A DNA stretch of 64,000 nt from positions 160,001 through 224,000 of the forward strand of contig CAVZSQ010000015.1 of the NCBI GenBank assembly GCA_963777955.1, read 5' to 3'. A program made the position numbers and the translations under genes. Origin of the DNA: Calditrichia bacterium. Its GTDB lineage: Bacteria > Calditrichota > Calditrichia > JAJRVZ01. The notes beneath the pieces were generated by a model, which did no database searches, was not told the DNA's origin, and saw only the letters and a list, made by a program, of their open reading frames with translations. Shown in pieces: positions 9,737 through 19,252 of this stretch; the first letter of the stretch is position 1; the number at the start of each line of letters is the position of its first letter.

Positions 9737-12205
9737 ATGGCCATACCTTTTACAGATATTCAGAAAAAATGGAGAAAATACTGGGAAGACAATAACCTTC
9801 ATCATCTGGATCTCAGTCAGGTGCGCAGGAAATTGTACTGTCTGGTCATGTTTCCCTATCCTTCCTCAGATAAATTACATCTGGGTCACTGGTTTAATTA
9901 CGCACCGGTAGACACCTGGGCCCGCTTTCAAAGAATGAATGGATTTGATGTTTTTCAACCGATGGGTTTCGATGCTTTCGGATTACCTGCGGAAAATTAT
10001 GCCGTAAAATCCGGCATTCATCCTCAGATAACCACCCGCGCTAATGTAGCTTTCATACGCAATCAATTAAAAGAAATCGGCGCCATGTATGATTGGTCCT
10101 ATGAGGTGGACACCAGTGCTCCGGAATATTATAAGTGGACTCAGTGGCTTTTTCTGCAATTTTATAAACATGGCCTGGCCTATCGTGCTGAAGCGGCGGT
10201 AAACTGGTGCCCTGGTTGCCAGACAGTGCTGGCTAATGAACAGGTAATCGAGACACGCTGTGAACGGTGCTCCAGTCCGGTTGAAAAGAAATTTTTAACC
10301 CAGTGGTTCCTGCGCATAACTTCTTATGCTGATCAGTTGCTGGAAGGATTGGAGCGGATCAACTGGCCGGAAAAAACAAAACTGATGCAAAAAAACTGGA
10401 TAGGTAAAAGTCACGGTGTCGAAATCACTTTCCAGATCAAGACTGCCGGCCCCCAAAAGGTGACCGTGTTTACCACCCGTCCGGATACTCTTTTTGGCGC
10501 TACCTATCTGGTACTGGCACCCGAACATCAGCTGGTCGAAAAAATAACCACCGCTGAACAAAAACAGCATGTCGCCGATTACATTAAGGCGACCTCCAGG
10601 ATAAGTGAAATTGACCGTACGTCAACAGTCAGGGAAAAAACCGGTGTCTTTAGCGGTGCTTATGCTGTCAATCCGGTCAATCAGCGCCTGATACCGGTCT
10701 GGATTGCTGATTATGTTCTGTTGACTTATGGTACAGGGGCGATCATGGCAGTGCCGGCCCACGATGAGCGTGATTTTGATTTTGCCCATAAATATAATCT
10801 GCCGGTGGAAAAAGTTATCCTGGAAGACGGACATACGGCCGATGAAACCCTTACAACAGCCTTTTGCGGTGAAGGAACCATGATCAATTCGGCCAAATAT
10901 AATGGTTTACCATCGGCTGTGGGTATGGAACGCATCAGTGCTGATCTGGAACGGGACGGGGTGGGGCAGCGCACAGTAAAATATAAATTCCGTGATTGGT
11001 TGATCAGCCGTCAGCGATACTGGGGAGCCCCGATCCCCATGATTTTCTGCGAGACATGCGGTGAAGTACCGGTACCTGAAAGTGATTTGCCTGTCTTGCT
11101 GCCGTATGAAGTCGATTTTAAACCCAGAGGAGTGCCACCCCTGGCCACAGCCGAAAAATTTGTGAACACAACATGTCCCAAATGTTCCCAACCTGCCCGG
11201 CGGGAAGTGGAAACCATGGATACTTTTGTCGATTCTTCCTGGTACTTTTTGCGCTATACCAGTAATAAACTGACGGCGAAACCATGGGATGATAAATTGG
11301 TGAACAAATGGCTACCCATTGATCAGTATGTGGGTGGTGTTGACCATGCCACGATGCATCTGCTGTATGCCAGGTTTTTTATTAAAGCATTAAAAGATAT
11401 GGGTTTGCTGAAATTTGATGAGCCTTTCAGCAAGCTGGTTCACCAGGGCGTGATCAAGGGACCGGATGGACAGCGAATGTCAAAATCAAGGGGTAATGTC
11501 ATCAATCCCGAGCAATACCTGGACCAATACGGCAGTGATATCTTTAGATGTTATCTGATGTTCGGTTTTGATTTCCAGGATGGCGGACCATGGGACGATT
11601 CAGGAATCGCTGCAATAGATAAGTTTATCAACCGCCTGTGGCGCCTGGTAGAGGATAACCGGCAGATTCTGACACATGAAACCAACAGCGACAAGTTTCA
11701 GGAGTCTGAAAAAGAACTGAATACGGTAATGCATAATTCTATTAAAGGAGCTACGGCAGACATAGAACGGTTTCACTTCAACACTGCGCTCAGCAGGATA
11801 ATGGAACTGGTCAATGCCTTATATCATTATCTGCAAAACGTTGAAGTGGGCCGGCAGAACACCACACTGTTAAAAAAGGGCATTAAAAATGTAATATTGC
11901 TGCTGGCGCCGTTTGCACCTCATTTGAGCGAGGAATTATGGGAAATGCACGGAGAAAAACCGTCGATTTTCGATCAGACCTGGCCGGTGTTTGATCCCGC
12001 AGCCCTGCATAAAGAGGAAATAACCTGGGTGATCCAGATTAATGGTAAGATCAGGGCACGTATATCGGCGGCAATTGATCTGAACCAGGAGCAGGCCAGA
12101 GAAATAGCGACTACCAGCGGCCGGATGCCGGAACTATTGACCGGTAAAAAGATTCAGAAGGTGATTGTCGTACCGAAAAAACTGATTAATATTGTCGTAA
12201 CTTGA
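9737..12205 (+). CDS. leuS: Leucine--tRNA ligase
   Basis: MFPYPS-HLGH (HIGH), RMSKS (KMSKS), FTTRPDT editing domain, DWLISRQRYWG; ATG 9737 follows AGGAG. Confidence 0.97.
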   Translation: MAIPFTDIQKKWRKYWEDNNLHHLDLSQVRRKLYCLVMFPYPSSDKLHLGHWFNYAPVDTWARFQRMNGFDVFQPMGFDAFGLPAENYAVKSGIHPQITTRANVAFIRNQLKEIGAMYDWSYEVDTSAPEYYKWTQWLFLQFYKHGLAYRAEAAVNWCPGCQTVLANEQVIETRCERCSSPVEKKFLTQWFLRITSYADQLLEGLERINWPEKTKLMQKNWIGKSHGVEITFQIKTAGPQKVTVFTTRPDTLFGATYLVLAPEHQLVEKITTAEQKQHVADYIKATSRISEIDRTSTVREKTGVFSGAYAVNPVNQRLIPVWIADYVLLTYGTGAIMAVPAHDERDFDFAHKYNLPVEKVILEDGHTADETLTTAFCGEGTMINSAKYNGLPSAVGMERISADLERDGVGQRTVKYKFRDWLISRQRYWGAPIPMIFCETCGEVPVPESDLPVLLPYEVDFKPRGVPPLATAEKFVNTTCPKCSQPARREVETMDTFVDSSWYFLRYTSNKLTAKPWDDKLVNKWLPIDQYVGGVDHATMHLLYARFFIKALKDMGLLKFDEPFSKLVHQGVIKGPDGQRMSKSRGNVINPEQYLDQYGSDIFRCYLMFGFDFQDGGPWDDSGIAAIDKFINRLWRLVEDNRQILTHETNSDKFQESEKELNTVMHNSIKGATADIERFHFNTALSRIMELVNALYHYLQNVEVGRQNTTLLKKGIKNVILLLAPFAPHLSEELWEMHGEKPSIFDQTWPVFDPAALHKEEITWVIQINGKIRARISAAIDLNQEQAREIATTSGRMPELLTGKKIQKVIVVPKKLINIVVT

Positions 12206-13707
12206 AAAATATTCTGCAAAATGTACTGTCTATCCCGGTGTCGGACTGGTTCTGGACGGCGGCGGCCCTGTTATTCATCAGCGGCTTATTAATATTTATT
12301 GAGCTGGCCACAAAAAAGTGGGGCTGGGACCGCACGATTTCCCGCAAGGCGGTACATCTTATTGTCGGCCTGTCAATTTGTTCCGCGCCCTGGATCTTTG
12401 TCAGCAAGATACCGCTGATCATTCTTTCGTCATTATTTATCGTTATAAATTACTGGGCCATCAGGACGCGGCATTTGACCGGAATTCATCTCAATGATCA
12501 ATCCTATGGTACAGTTTATTATCCAATCTCGATTTTACTGCTGGACATTTTATTATGGCCCGCCTATAAGATCTTATTTGTACTGGCTGCACTGATCATG
12601 GTCGTTGCCGATGCCATGGCCGCACTGGTTGGCAACAATTTCGCCTCCAAGTTTTATGTTTTTTATGAAGAACGGAAATCGATTCCTGGTTCCATCACCA
12701 TGTTTATCACCAGTGTTATTTTATTGTTCGCCGGTACGCAATTATTGATTGTCCAAAACCTGGGTCAGAATCTGCTGCTGGCCATCCTGGTGGGCATAGT
12801 GGTTACGGCAGCCGAACTCATATCCCGCAGGGGTTCTGATAATCTTTCAGTACCGCTCATCGCAGCTTTATTTTTATACGGTTTTTTGGGGCCGGCGGCC
12901 GAAGGTATGCGCCTGCAGTTGTCCCTGGGTATAATCCTGGCGGGTATGGTAGCCATGGTCAGTTACCGGTTCCATTTTTTAAAAATGAATGGGGCAGTGG
13001 TGACATTTCTGCTGGGCAGCATTATTTTTGGTTTTGGCGGCATTAAATATACGATACCCATACTGGTCTTTTTCATCCTTTCCAGTCTGTTATCCAGGGT
13101 CGGCCGTAGGCGAAAAACCGAAATGGAAAGTTCTTTTGAAAAAAGCGGTGTACGTGATATGTCCCAGGTATTGGCCAACGGAGGAATCGCCGGTATATTG
13201 ATGATTTTTATTTTTATTTTACAGCGAGACGATTGGTATCCTGTTTATCTGGTGGCAGTAGCAGCAGCTACAGCAGATACCTGGGCTACAGAAATAGGGA
13301 TATTTTCCCGGTCCAGGCCGCGGTTAATCACCAATTTTAAGCAAGTGGCAGCGGGTTATTCCGGTGCAATTTCGATTTTAGGCAGTCTGGCCGCGGTATG
13401 CGGCAGTACGGTTATTCTGCTGGCCGGTTTGTATTTTCTACGGGATTTCGGGCAGTGGCAGGCCGCGATAATATGGAGTGTGATCGGTTGTGGTGTTTTG
13501 GGCAGTTTTATCGACAGTTATATCGGGGCAACTGTTCAGGCGCAATATCAATGTAAACTCTGTCATAAGAGCACAGAAAAAAGGATTCACTGTCAGCAGC
13601 AAGCGCATCTGGTCAGTGGTAAGGCCTGGTTAAACAATGACTGGGTCAATTTTTTATCGATAGCGGCAGCAACTATAATTAGTTTTATCTTACTCAATAA
13701 TTTCTAA
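12202..13707 (+). CDS. Membrane fusion of a phytol/dolichol-kinase-like (CTP transferase family) domain and DUF92 (TMEM19-like)
   Basis: N-half SRKAVH, DAMAALVG, KSIPGS, GSDNL; C-half RDMSQVLANG, ADTWATEIG, DSYIGATVQ, CxxC...HC, NNDWVN. Confidence 0.8.
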   Translation: MKNILQNVLSIPVSDWFWTAAALLFISGLLIFIELATKKWGWDRTISRKAVHLIVGLSICSAPWIFVSKIPLIILSSLFIVINYWAIRTRHLTGIHLNDQSYGTVYYPISILLLDILLWPAYKILFVLAALIMVVADAMAALVGNNFASKFYVFYEERKSIPGSITMFITSVILLFAGTQLLIVQNLGQNLLLAILVGIVVTAAELISRRGSDNLSVPLIAALFLYGFLGPAAEGMRLQLSLGIILAGMVAMVSYRFHFLKMNGAVVTFLLGSIIFGFGGIKYTIPILVFFILSSLLSRVGRRRKTEMESSFEKSGVRDMSQVLANGGIAGILMIFIFILQRDDWYPVYLVAVAAATADTWATEIGIFSRSRPRLITNFKQVAAGYSGAISILGSLAAVCGSTVILLAGLYFLRDFGQWQAAIIWSVIGCGVLGSFIDSYIGATVQAQYQCKLCHKSTEKRIHCQQQAHLVSGKAWLNNDWVNFLSIAAATIISFILLNNF

Positions 13708-13723
13708 GACTAATGGTCTGGAT

Positions 13724-14002
13724 ATGTGGTATGCCTTGACGGCCAACACGTCAGTTCGTGGTAAAAAAGAAGCGCGCAAGGAATTTTACAGCAATGCTCA
13801 TGAATTGGTGGTATCTGCGGAGAGCCGGGAGTTACTGGAGGTAAAGATTCAGGAGTGTCTGAAGGAATATCCCGAGCAGGCTGAGAAGTATTTGCGTGCC
13901 GGGATCAAGATTGTCGAAGCAGATTCATTAAAAGCCGCCAAGAAGAAAGCCCTACACATAACAACGTATTTTAATCATACCGGCCAGTACAGTATCTTTT
14001 AA
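13724..14002 (+). CDS. Hypothetical protein (92 aa)
   Basis: ATG ORF 16 nt after the DUF92 gene; protein-like composition; no recognised motif. Confidence 0.6.
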   Translation: MWYALTANTSVRGKKEARKEFYSNAHELVVSAESRELLEVKIQECLKEYPEQAEKYLRAGIKIVEADSLKAAKKKALHITTYFNHTGQYSIF

Positions 14003-14307
14003 TACCATATATTTGTTCTATAATATATATTATGTAAACTAACATATATACGAAATTATCCCCTATTTAAAATAAATATAACAGGTTAAGAAAATGTTCA
14101 ATCAGTATCTTTTTTAAAGTGTTCAATCTGCTATAATGGCAGGATAATTATTACAATCGTTATAATTGCATGATGGAAAAGATTTCTATAAATTTGGCCT
14201 GGCAACAATCGATCCGTCGCGAAAACAGGGTAATAACTGATCGGCACTGCCCTGCTTTAAACAGAAGATGGAAAGAATATAAATTCAAATAATAAAAGGA
14301 GGAAGAG

Positions 14308-14517
14308 ATGGATAAGGATATAATGGTCAGTGAATATATTAGAATATATTTTTCCTGTCACCCGCAAGAACTGCCTAAAGATCCGGAAAAAGCCTTCCAA
14401 TTGATGAGTCAACTGCATAAAAAATATAAAAATATCTTCATGGATGACTTCAAAGCAAAAAGCAGCAAATTCGTTGATAAATTCATGGATAAAGACGAGA
14501 AAGAAAGATATTATTAA
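14308..14517 (+). CDS. Small hypothetical protein (69 aa)
   Basis: Strong SD AAGGAGG just upstream; isolated in AT-rich DNA. Confidence 0.65.
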   Translation: MDKDIMVSEYIRIYFSCHPQELPKDPEKAFQLMSQLHKKYKNIFMDDFKAKSSKFVDKFMDKDEKERYY

Positions 14518-14821
14518 TAAAACATTAATACAATAACTTGTGTATTAATAAATAGTAATTGGTAATTAGTAAAATTTAATTCAGCTGCCATCTTCGCTAT
14601 CTTATATCTCTGTATCAAGCAAATAGTTGCTTTATAAAATAATAGTATCTCCCGACGCTCATAAATAAACGCATTATAAATATTAGTAAAGTTAATGCAG
14701 CTATCGATTAGACCGCTGAAAAATTTAACCGCTAATTTAATATATCTAGAGTAGTTTTAATATATTGCATATATAAAGTAAAAGTTTAGATTTGAAACTT
14801 AAAAATATAGTTTAAAGAATA

Positions 14822-15652
14822 TCAGCTGTGCGCAGACAGGTGTCTCAGAACTGTTTCCAGTACCCCGCCGGCAACGGCGCGGCAATTTGCCGGCAGCGTA
14901 ACAAGTGCCTCCCTGGATTTCTGGTAACTGATCAACTCAAAAAGCGGCTGTCCGGCCAGCACAAAATGACCACTGTGCAGCAGTCCGGTAATATAACCTT
15001 TGTTCGGAGCCATTATGTTTATATTATTGAGTATACCAATGGTTTCGCGTTCCTTTACCTCATCCCCTATCCTTTTTTCCGTCTGAAAAATCCCCTGCAA
15101 AGGAGATTTTAAGACATTATCAGCTGCCGGATATTCGGGAACAATCTGATGCCGGCTGTTGAAAACCATGCCATAATATTGCTGGCTGTCACCGATAATA
15201 TAATGACCGTCCTCACCCACATTGTAAATAAATCCAATACGGATCACACAAGGAAAATCGCTCCAATTCAGCTCCGTCTTTTTAGTTTTGGAAAATGAAC
15301 GGGTACAGTCGACCAGAACCTCCGGTCTCAATCGTTCCAGTATCTGCTGGTCACCGGCAGCCATTGTATTGATCACCGGTATGATCCGGTTAAGCGAACA
15401 TTCCTGTATTTGTTCGTGCAATAAATTATCAGCGCTTGCCGCTAAAACTACGGCAGCCTGAACGTTTTCGACTGTCTTTCGCTCACAATAAATCACATCA
15501 GAGAAATTGCGGACAAAATGAAGATCGCTGGGCTGCCCCTGTTCCAGCAGCACAGGCTGGAATCCTGATTGGAACAGGCGCAGGGCTGTGGCAGTTCCCC
15601 GATCCCCTGCCCCCATAATCACGATCTTGGAGTTCCAGGGGTAAGCGATCAT
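14822..15652 (-). CDS. YqeB-like selenium-dependent molybdenum hydroxylase system protein
   Basis: IMGAGDRGTATALRLFQSGF...FSDVIY and C-terminal RAVAGGVLET resemble the YqeB termini; adjacent to YqeC-like gene. Confidence 0.75.
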   Translation of the reverse strand: MIAYPWNSKIVIMGAGDRGTATALRLFQSGFQPVLLEQGQPSDLHFVRNFSDVIYCERKTVENVQAAVVLAASADNLLHEQIQECSLNRIIPVINTMAAGDQQILERLRPEVLVDCTRSFSKTKKTELNWSDFPCVIRIGFIYNVGEDGHYIIGDSQQYYGMVFNSRHQIVPEYPAADNVLKSPLQGIFQTEKRIGDEVKERETIGILNNINIMAPNKGYITGLLHSGHFVLAGQPLFELISYQKSREALVTLPANCRAVAGGVLETVLRHLSAHS

Positions 15653-16380
15653 TTGAGTTGCAGCAGGGTTGAGTTATAGATACTGCCCATGACCACTTTT
15701 TCGATTCCGCCCAATCTTAATTTCTTGGTCAATTGAATTGCTAAATTTTCTACCAGCAAATTTTCAACTTTGTTCAGGAAAAATATCTGCGAGCTGCAGT
15801 GCTTTCTGATCTTTACAAATTTCGGATGCGCTAGATACATGGAGGCCAGATTTTGCGGAGTCATGAAAGAGTCCTGTAACAGGTATTTATTCCGGGATAA
15901 GGTCCAGTTTTCATTACGGCGCTGGTTAATTACATCGGCACCTACCACGTTGATAACCGAATGGATTTTAAACGGCAGGGTTGGATCCACCTTTTCAAAA
16001 CCACTGAGCGACCGGCCGCGGGTATTATCCGCTTCAATAAAAAAAAAGTCGGCCGGGTTGCTCCGCATAATTTTTTCCAGTTCCGTTTTAGTGAATGGCA
16101 GTATATAATTTTTATCTATCTTTTTACCGATAAAAACTATTTTATACTTGGCTAATTCACCGGCTAGTTGTTTACGCATCAAAACAGGATCTTTGCTGAT
16201 CAGCGTACTCGATTCATATGGAGCAGCCAGAGGAAAAAGCGAAGCAATGACAGTTACTTTGTTGTAATATTTGGCATCAGCGGCCAGTTTATTTATCAGT
16301 GCTGATTTTCCACCACCGCCGATAACCAGAATATTTTTATCCTGTTCGCTGAGAAACGTTTGATAGAATACAGACTGCAT
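15649..16380 (-). CDS. YqeC-like selenium cofactor biosynthesis protein
   Basis: VIGGGGKS P-loop, FIEADN..GRSL, VINVVGAD, FLNKVE; 4-nt overlap with the yqeB-like gene. Confidence 0.72.
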   Translation of the reverse strand: MQSVFYQTFLSEQDKNILVIGGGGKSALINKLAADAKYYNKVTVIASLFPLAAPYESSTLISKDPVLMRKQLAGELAKYKIVFIGKKIDKNYILPFTKTELEKIMRSNPADFFFIEADNTRGRSLSGFEKVDPTLPFKIHSVINVVGADVINQRRNENWTLSRNKYLLQDSFMTPQNLASMYLAHPKFVKIRKHCSSQIFFLNKVENLLVENLAIQLTKKLRLGGIEKVVMGSIYNSTLLQLK

Positions 16381-16381
16381 A

Positions 16382-16804
16382 CTAGATCTGGGGCATTAAG
16401 GGTATTGCCAGTGTTTTAAGCGCATCATCGAATGAAAAAATAATATTTATTCTTTTCTTTTTCACTTCCTCAAAAATATAGCAATGCTGGAGATTTACTG
16501 TTGAATCTTTAATTGAAAAGAACTGTTTTAAACTATTCCGGCGCAGACGCCTGGTAGGCCAGGATAAACGCAGATTGGTTGATAATACCGCATCCTCTAA
16601 CAAACGTGTAAATTCAACCGCCAGATCAAGACCACAATCTTTTTTTATCATGGTAATGGCAGTATCGATTTGTACCAGGTTGGAATATAACCTGGTACGC
16701 GAATCCAGCAATTGCTGAAAATATTCTCTGGCCTGGCCGTGGTAAGGGTGATCGGAATTGATCAGCGCATACCACCCGGAATAATCGATGAAAACTTTAA
16801 TCAT
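16382..16804 (-). CDS. PIN-domain (VapC-like) protein
   Basis: VFIDYSGWYAL...DHPYH..A N-terminus and IFSFDD C-terminus; follows AbrB-like gene with 8-nt overlap. Confidence 0.8.
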   Translation of the reverse strand: MIKVFIDYSGWYALINSDHPYHGQAREYFQQLLDSRTRLYSNLVQIDTAITMIKKDCGLDLAVEFTRLLEDAVLSTNLRLSWPTRRLRRNSLKQFFSIKDSTVNLQHCYIFEEVKKKRINIIFSFDDALKTLAIPLMPQI

Positions 16805-17015
16805 ATTTTGTCGTGGATTCCTTTAATTCAGATAAAAGTAAAAGTTTATGCAAAGGATTCTTGCGAATTATTACCTCCAGACGCTTACTGCGAATTTTTT
16901 TCAGAGAAATCTCGACTTTGTCGCCTGCGGTGAGACTTAACCGGTCACGGATTTCAACCGGGATTGCAATTTTACCGGCGGGATCAATTTCAGCCAGAAA
17001 CATACCTGTTTTCAT
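16797..17015 (-). CDS. AbrB/MazE/SpoVT family DNA-binding protein (putative antitoxin)
   Basis: IDPAGKIAIPVEIRDRLSLTAGDKVEI swapped-hairpin signature. Confidence 0.85.
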   Translation of the reverse strand: MKTGMFLAEIDPAGKIAIPVEIRDRLSLTAGDKVEISLKKIRSKRLEVIIRKNPLHKLLLLSELKESTTKYD

Positions 17016-17019
17016 TGGA

Positions 17020-17907
17020 TTAGTCCTTTAAATACCAATTTTTAAATTCGGTCAGATCAAATATACCGTCTTCAGTGATCAATTTGCTTAACAAACTTAA
17101 AGGCACTGATTCATAATAGATATTATGGACTTTTAGATTTTTATTCCGGGGAGTATAAATCTCACCTGAATAATGCTTGTAAAAGCGTACGGCATATTCC
17201 CGTTCGGCTAATATCTTATCCGTATCTGCGGCCAGATAAAAGGGTAATTTCAGAGAACGGGTCAGCAGGGCCAGCGGCAAAGTACCGATTTTGTTGATGA
17301 AACCTTCTTCATAAATACGGACTGCACCGGATAAAACCATTGTGGCTTGCGACAGGATGACACCCATAGCGGCATCTGCGTATAAACAGGTCGAGATGCC
17401 CTTACGGGCCAGTGTTTCAGCAAGAGTGACTCCTTCCCGTGTCGGTGTACTTTCTAAACAGTATACTTCAAACTTACGTTTTTGATTCAAAGCGGTAATT
17501 AAAATTTCAGAAACCAGGGTACTATTACCGATGGTTACGACCCGCGCGTTGGAGGAGATCAATTTACTCCCGGCCACAGCGATTTTTTCCTTGTTTTGTG
17601 CAGCCACAGCCAGCATATCCGCGATCTTCTCCAGGGTGTATTCGATTATTTCGGCATTGGTCTTTCTGGTTTTCATGGCCTTTTTTACGACATAAATCAC
17701 CGTGGATATTTTCTTTTTCAGATTAGCCATGTTCGGTTGCATTTTGACCAGGGCATGGCCCTGTTCATTCAGCGACAACAGAAAATTATCCATTTTTTTG
17801 ATCGGAGCGTCTTTAATAAAATTCTGCAAATAACGCAAGGCCAGCAAGCAGAAATCAAAGGAACTTGTCGCTTTTATCTGCTGCAACTGGTTCATAGTTG
17901 TCTTCAT
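17020..17907 (-). CDS. eIF-2B alpha/beta/delta / ribose-1,5-bisphosphate isomerase family protein
   Basis: QPNMANL, ESTP..EG, ADAA, INKIGT, LPFYLAADTDK, YYESVPLSLLSKLITEDG. Confidence 0.85.
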   Translation of the reverse strand: MKTTMNQLQQIKATSSFDFCLLALRYLQNFIKDAPIKKMDNFLLSLNEQGHALVKMQPNMANLKKKISTVIYVVKKAMKTRKTNAEIIEYTLEKIADMLAVAAQNKEKIAVAGSKLISSNARVVTIGNSTLVSEILITALNQKRKFEVYCLESTPTREGVTLAETLARKGISTCLYADAAMGVILSQATMVLSGAVRIYEEGFINKIGTLPLALLTRSLKLPFYLAADTDKILAEREYAVRFYKHYSGEIYTPRNKNLKVHNIYYESVPLSLLSKLITEDGIFDLTEFKNWYLKD

Positions 17908-17911
17908 TTAT

Positions 17912-18241
17912 TCATCCCGGGGTATCGACATTCTCAATCAGCCAGTCTACATATGCCGGCGAGGCTTCTTCAATATTTACGGCAATAATTTCCGGAACCT
18001 CGTAGGTATGTAACATCTGTATCTCTTTTTCCAGTTGATTATACTTTTTTTGCGTGGTCTTGATCAGTAACAGGGTTTCCTGAGATTCCTCTACCCTGCC
18101 CTGCCAGTGATAAAGTGAAGTAACTGCCGGCATGAAGGTACAACAGGCCGCGAGTTTTTTTGAGAGTAATCTCTGGGCCATATGCCTGGCGTCTGCTTCA
18201 CTGGCAACGGTACAAAAGATGAGTAAAATCTTTTCTTTCAT
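17912..18241 (-). CDS. cutA: Divalent cation tolerance protein CutA
   Basis: LAAC, SLYHWQG, E.LLLIKT, HTYEVPEII. Confidence 0.95.
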   Translation of the reverse strand: MKEKILLIFCTVASEADARHMAQRLLSKKLAACCTFMPAVTSLYHWQGRVEESQETLLLIKTTQKKYNQLEKEIQMLHTYEVPEIIAVNIEEASPAYVDWLIENVDTPG

Positions 18242-18326
18242 GAATCATCATTTAGTCTGATTTTAATTGTAACGAATTCCTAAAATTAAAGCAAGTGCAA
18301 TTTCCCTCGCGCCTAGCAATACATTC

Positions 18327-19241
18327 TCAGTCCAGCCCATGGCCGTGATACCAGTCTTGTAGATTTTTTATGATTTCAATACTCAGGTATTTATTTTTGG
18401 GGTGCACATGTCCGCTCGGGAGCCAGATTACAGTTTTAGTAAAGGGAATGGCTTCATGTAAAGCCTGAGCCGATTCTCTTGGTATCTTGGCGTCAAACTC
18501 ACCATTGATACAGATAACCGCTAATGGTTTCAGCCGGGCAGCCTGCTCTGCCGGTTCGAAATCGGATAGAAAGAACCAGAAAACCTCGATCATCAGCGCG
18601 TTAAGATATGAATTATAAAGTTTGAAATTAACCTGCAATAAATGTTTTAGCCCGGCACCTCCATAAACTAAGGCCAGTCCTTTAATATTTTGATCCAGGG
18701 CTGCTGTGGCACAGGCCAGGGGAACTCCGAAACTGTACCCGATCATACTTATTCTGGACGTATCCACCCGGTTCCATTTCCGCAGATAATCGAGCAGAAC
18801 AAGATTATCCCGTATCTGTAAATGCAGGGCCTGATGAGCCAAAGGAATATCACTGAGAATGTCTGGAAAACTATAATGTGTTCTTACTTCGTAGGGATAA
18901 TCCGGTGCGACTAACAAAACACTGTCCACATTATAGGCGTATTCAACCGCCTTTTTACCGGTCATCATGCCGCCCAGAAGCAGAATCGCCGGAAGTTTGC
19001 CGGGAATCCGGGGATCTTTCAGTTGCACCTGTAGATTAAAATTACGGTCATCGAACAGGCGCAGAGAGTACATTACTGCTTCTGGTTTGTCTTCGATTAT
19101 CTGAAGATCGCTGCTGTAATGGCTGGGTACCAGACTGGTAATATATGCCGAAAATTTCAGATCACCCTGTTTAAAGAAACAAATAAAGCAACTGCAAAAC
19201 CAGATCAGCACCCCTAGCAATAACTGCAAGGTTTTGATCAT
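18327..19241 (-). CDS. Alpha/beta hydrolase with N-terminal membrane anchor
   Basis: Nucleophile elbow GYSFG, GEFD, SGH triad candidates; hydrophobic N-terminus. Confidence 0.8.
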   Translation of the reverse strand: MIKTLQLLLGVLIWFCSCFICFFKQGDLKFSAYITSLVPSHYSSDLQIIEDKPEAVMYSLRLFDDRNFNLQVQLKDPRIPGKLPAILLLGGMMTGKKAVEYAYNVDSVLLVAPDYPYEVRTHYSFPDILSDIPLAHQALHLQIRDNLVLLDYLRKWNRVDTSRISMIGYSFGVPLACATAALDQNIKGLALVYGGAGLKHLLQVNFKLYNSYLNALMIEVFWFFLSDFEPAEQAARLKPLAVICINGEFDAKIPRESAQALHEAIPFTKTVIWLPSGHVHPKNKYLSIEIIKNLQDWYHGHGLD

Positions 19242-19252
19242 GCTATTTATGA

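Noticed and set aside
9737..12205. LeuRS motif variants HLGH and RMSKS
   Set aside because: Conservative variants within normal class I synthetase variation.
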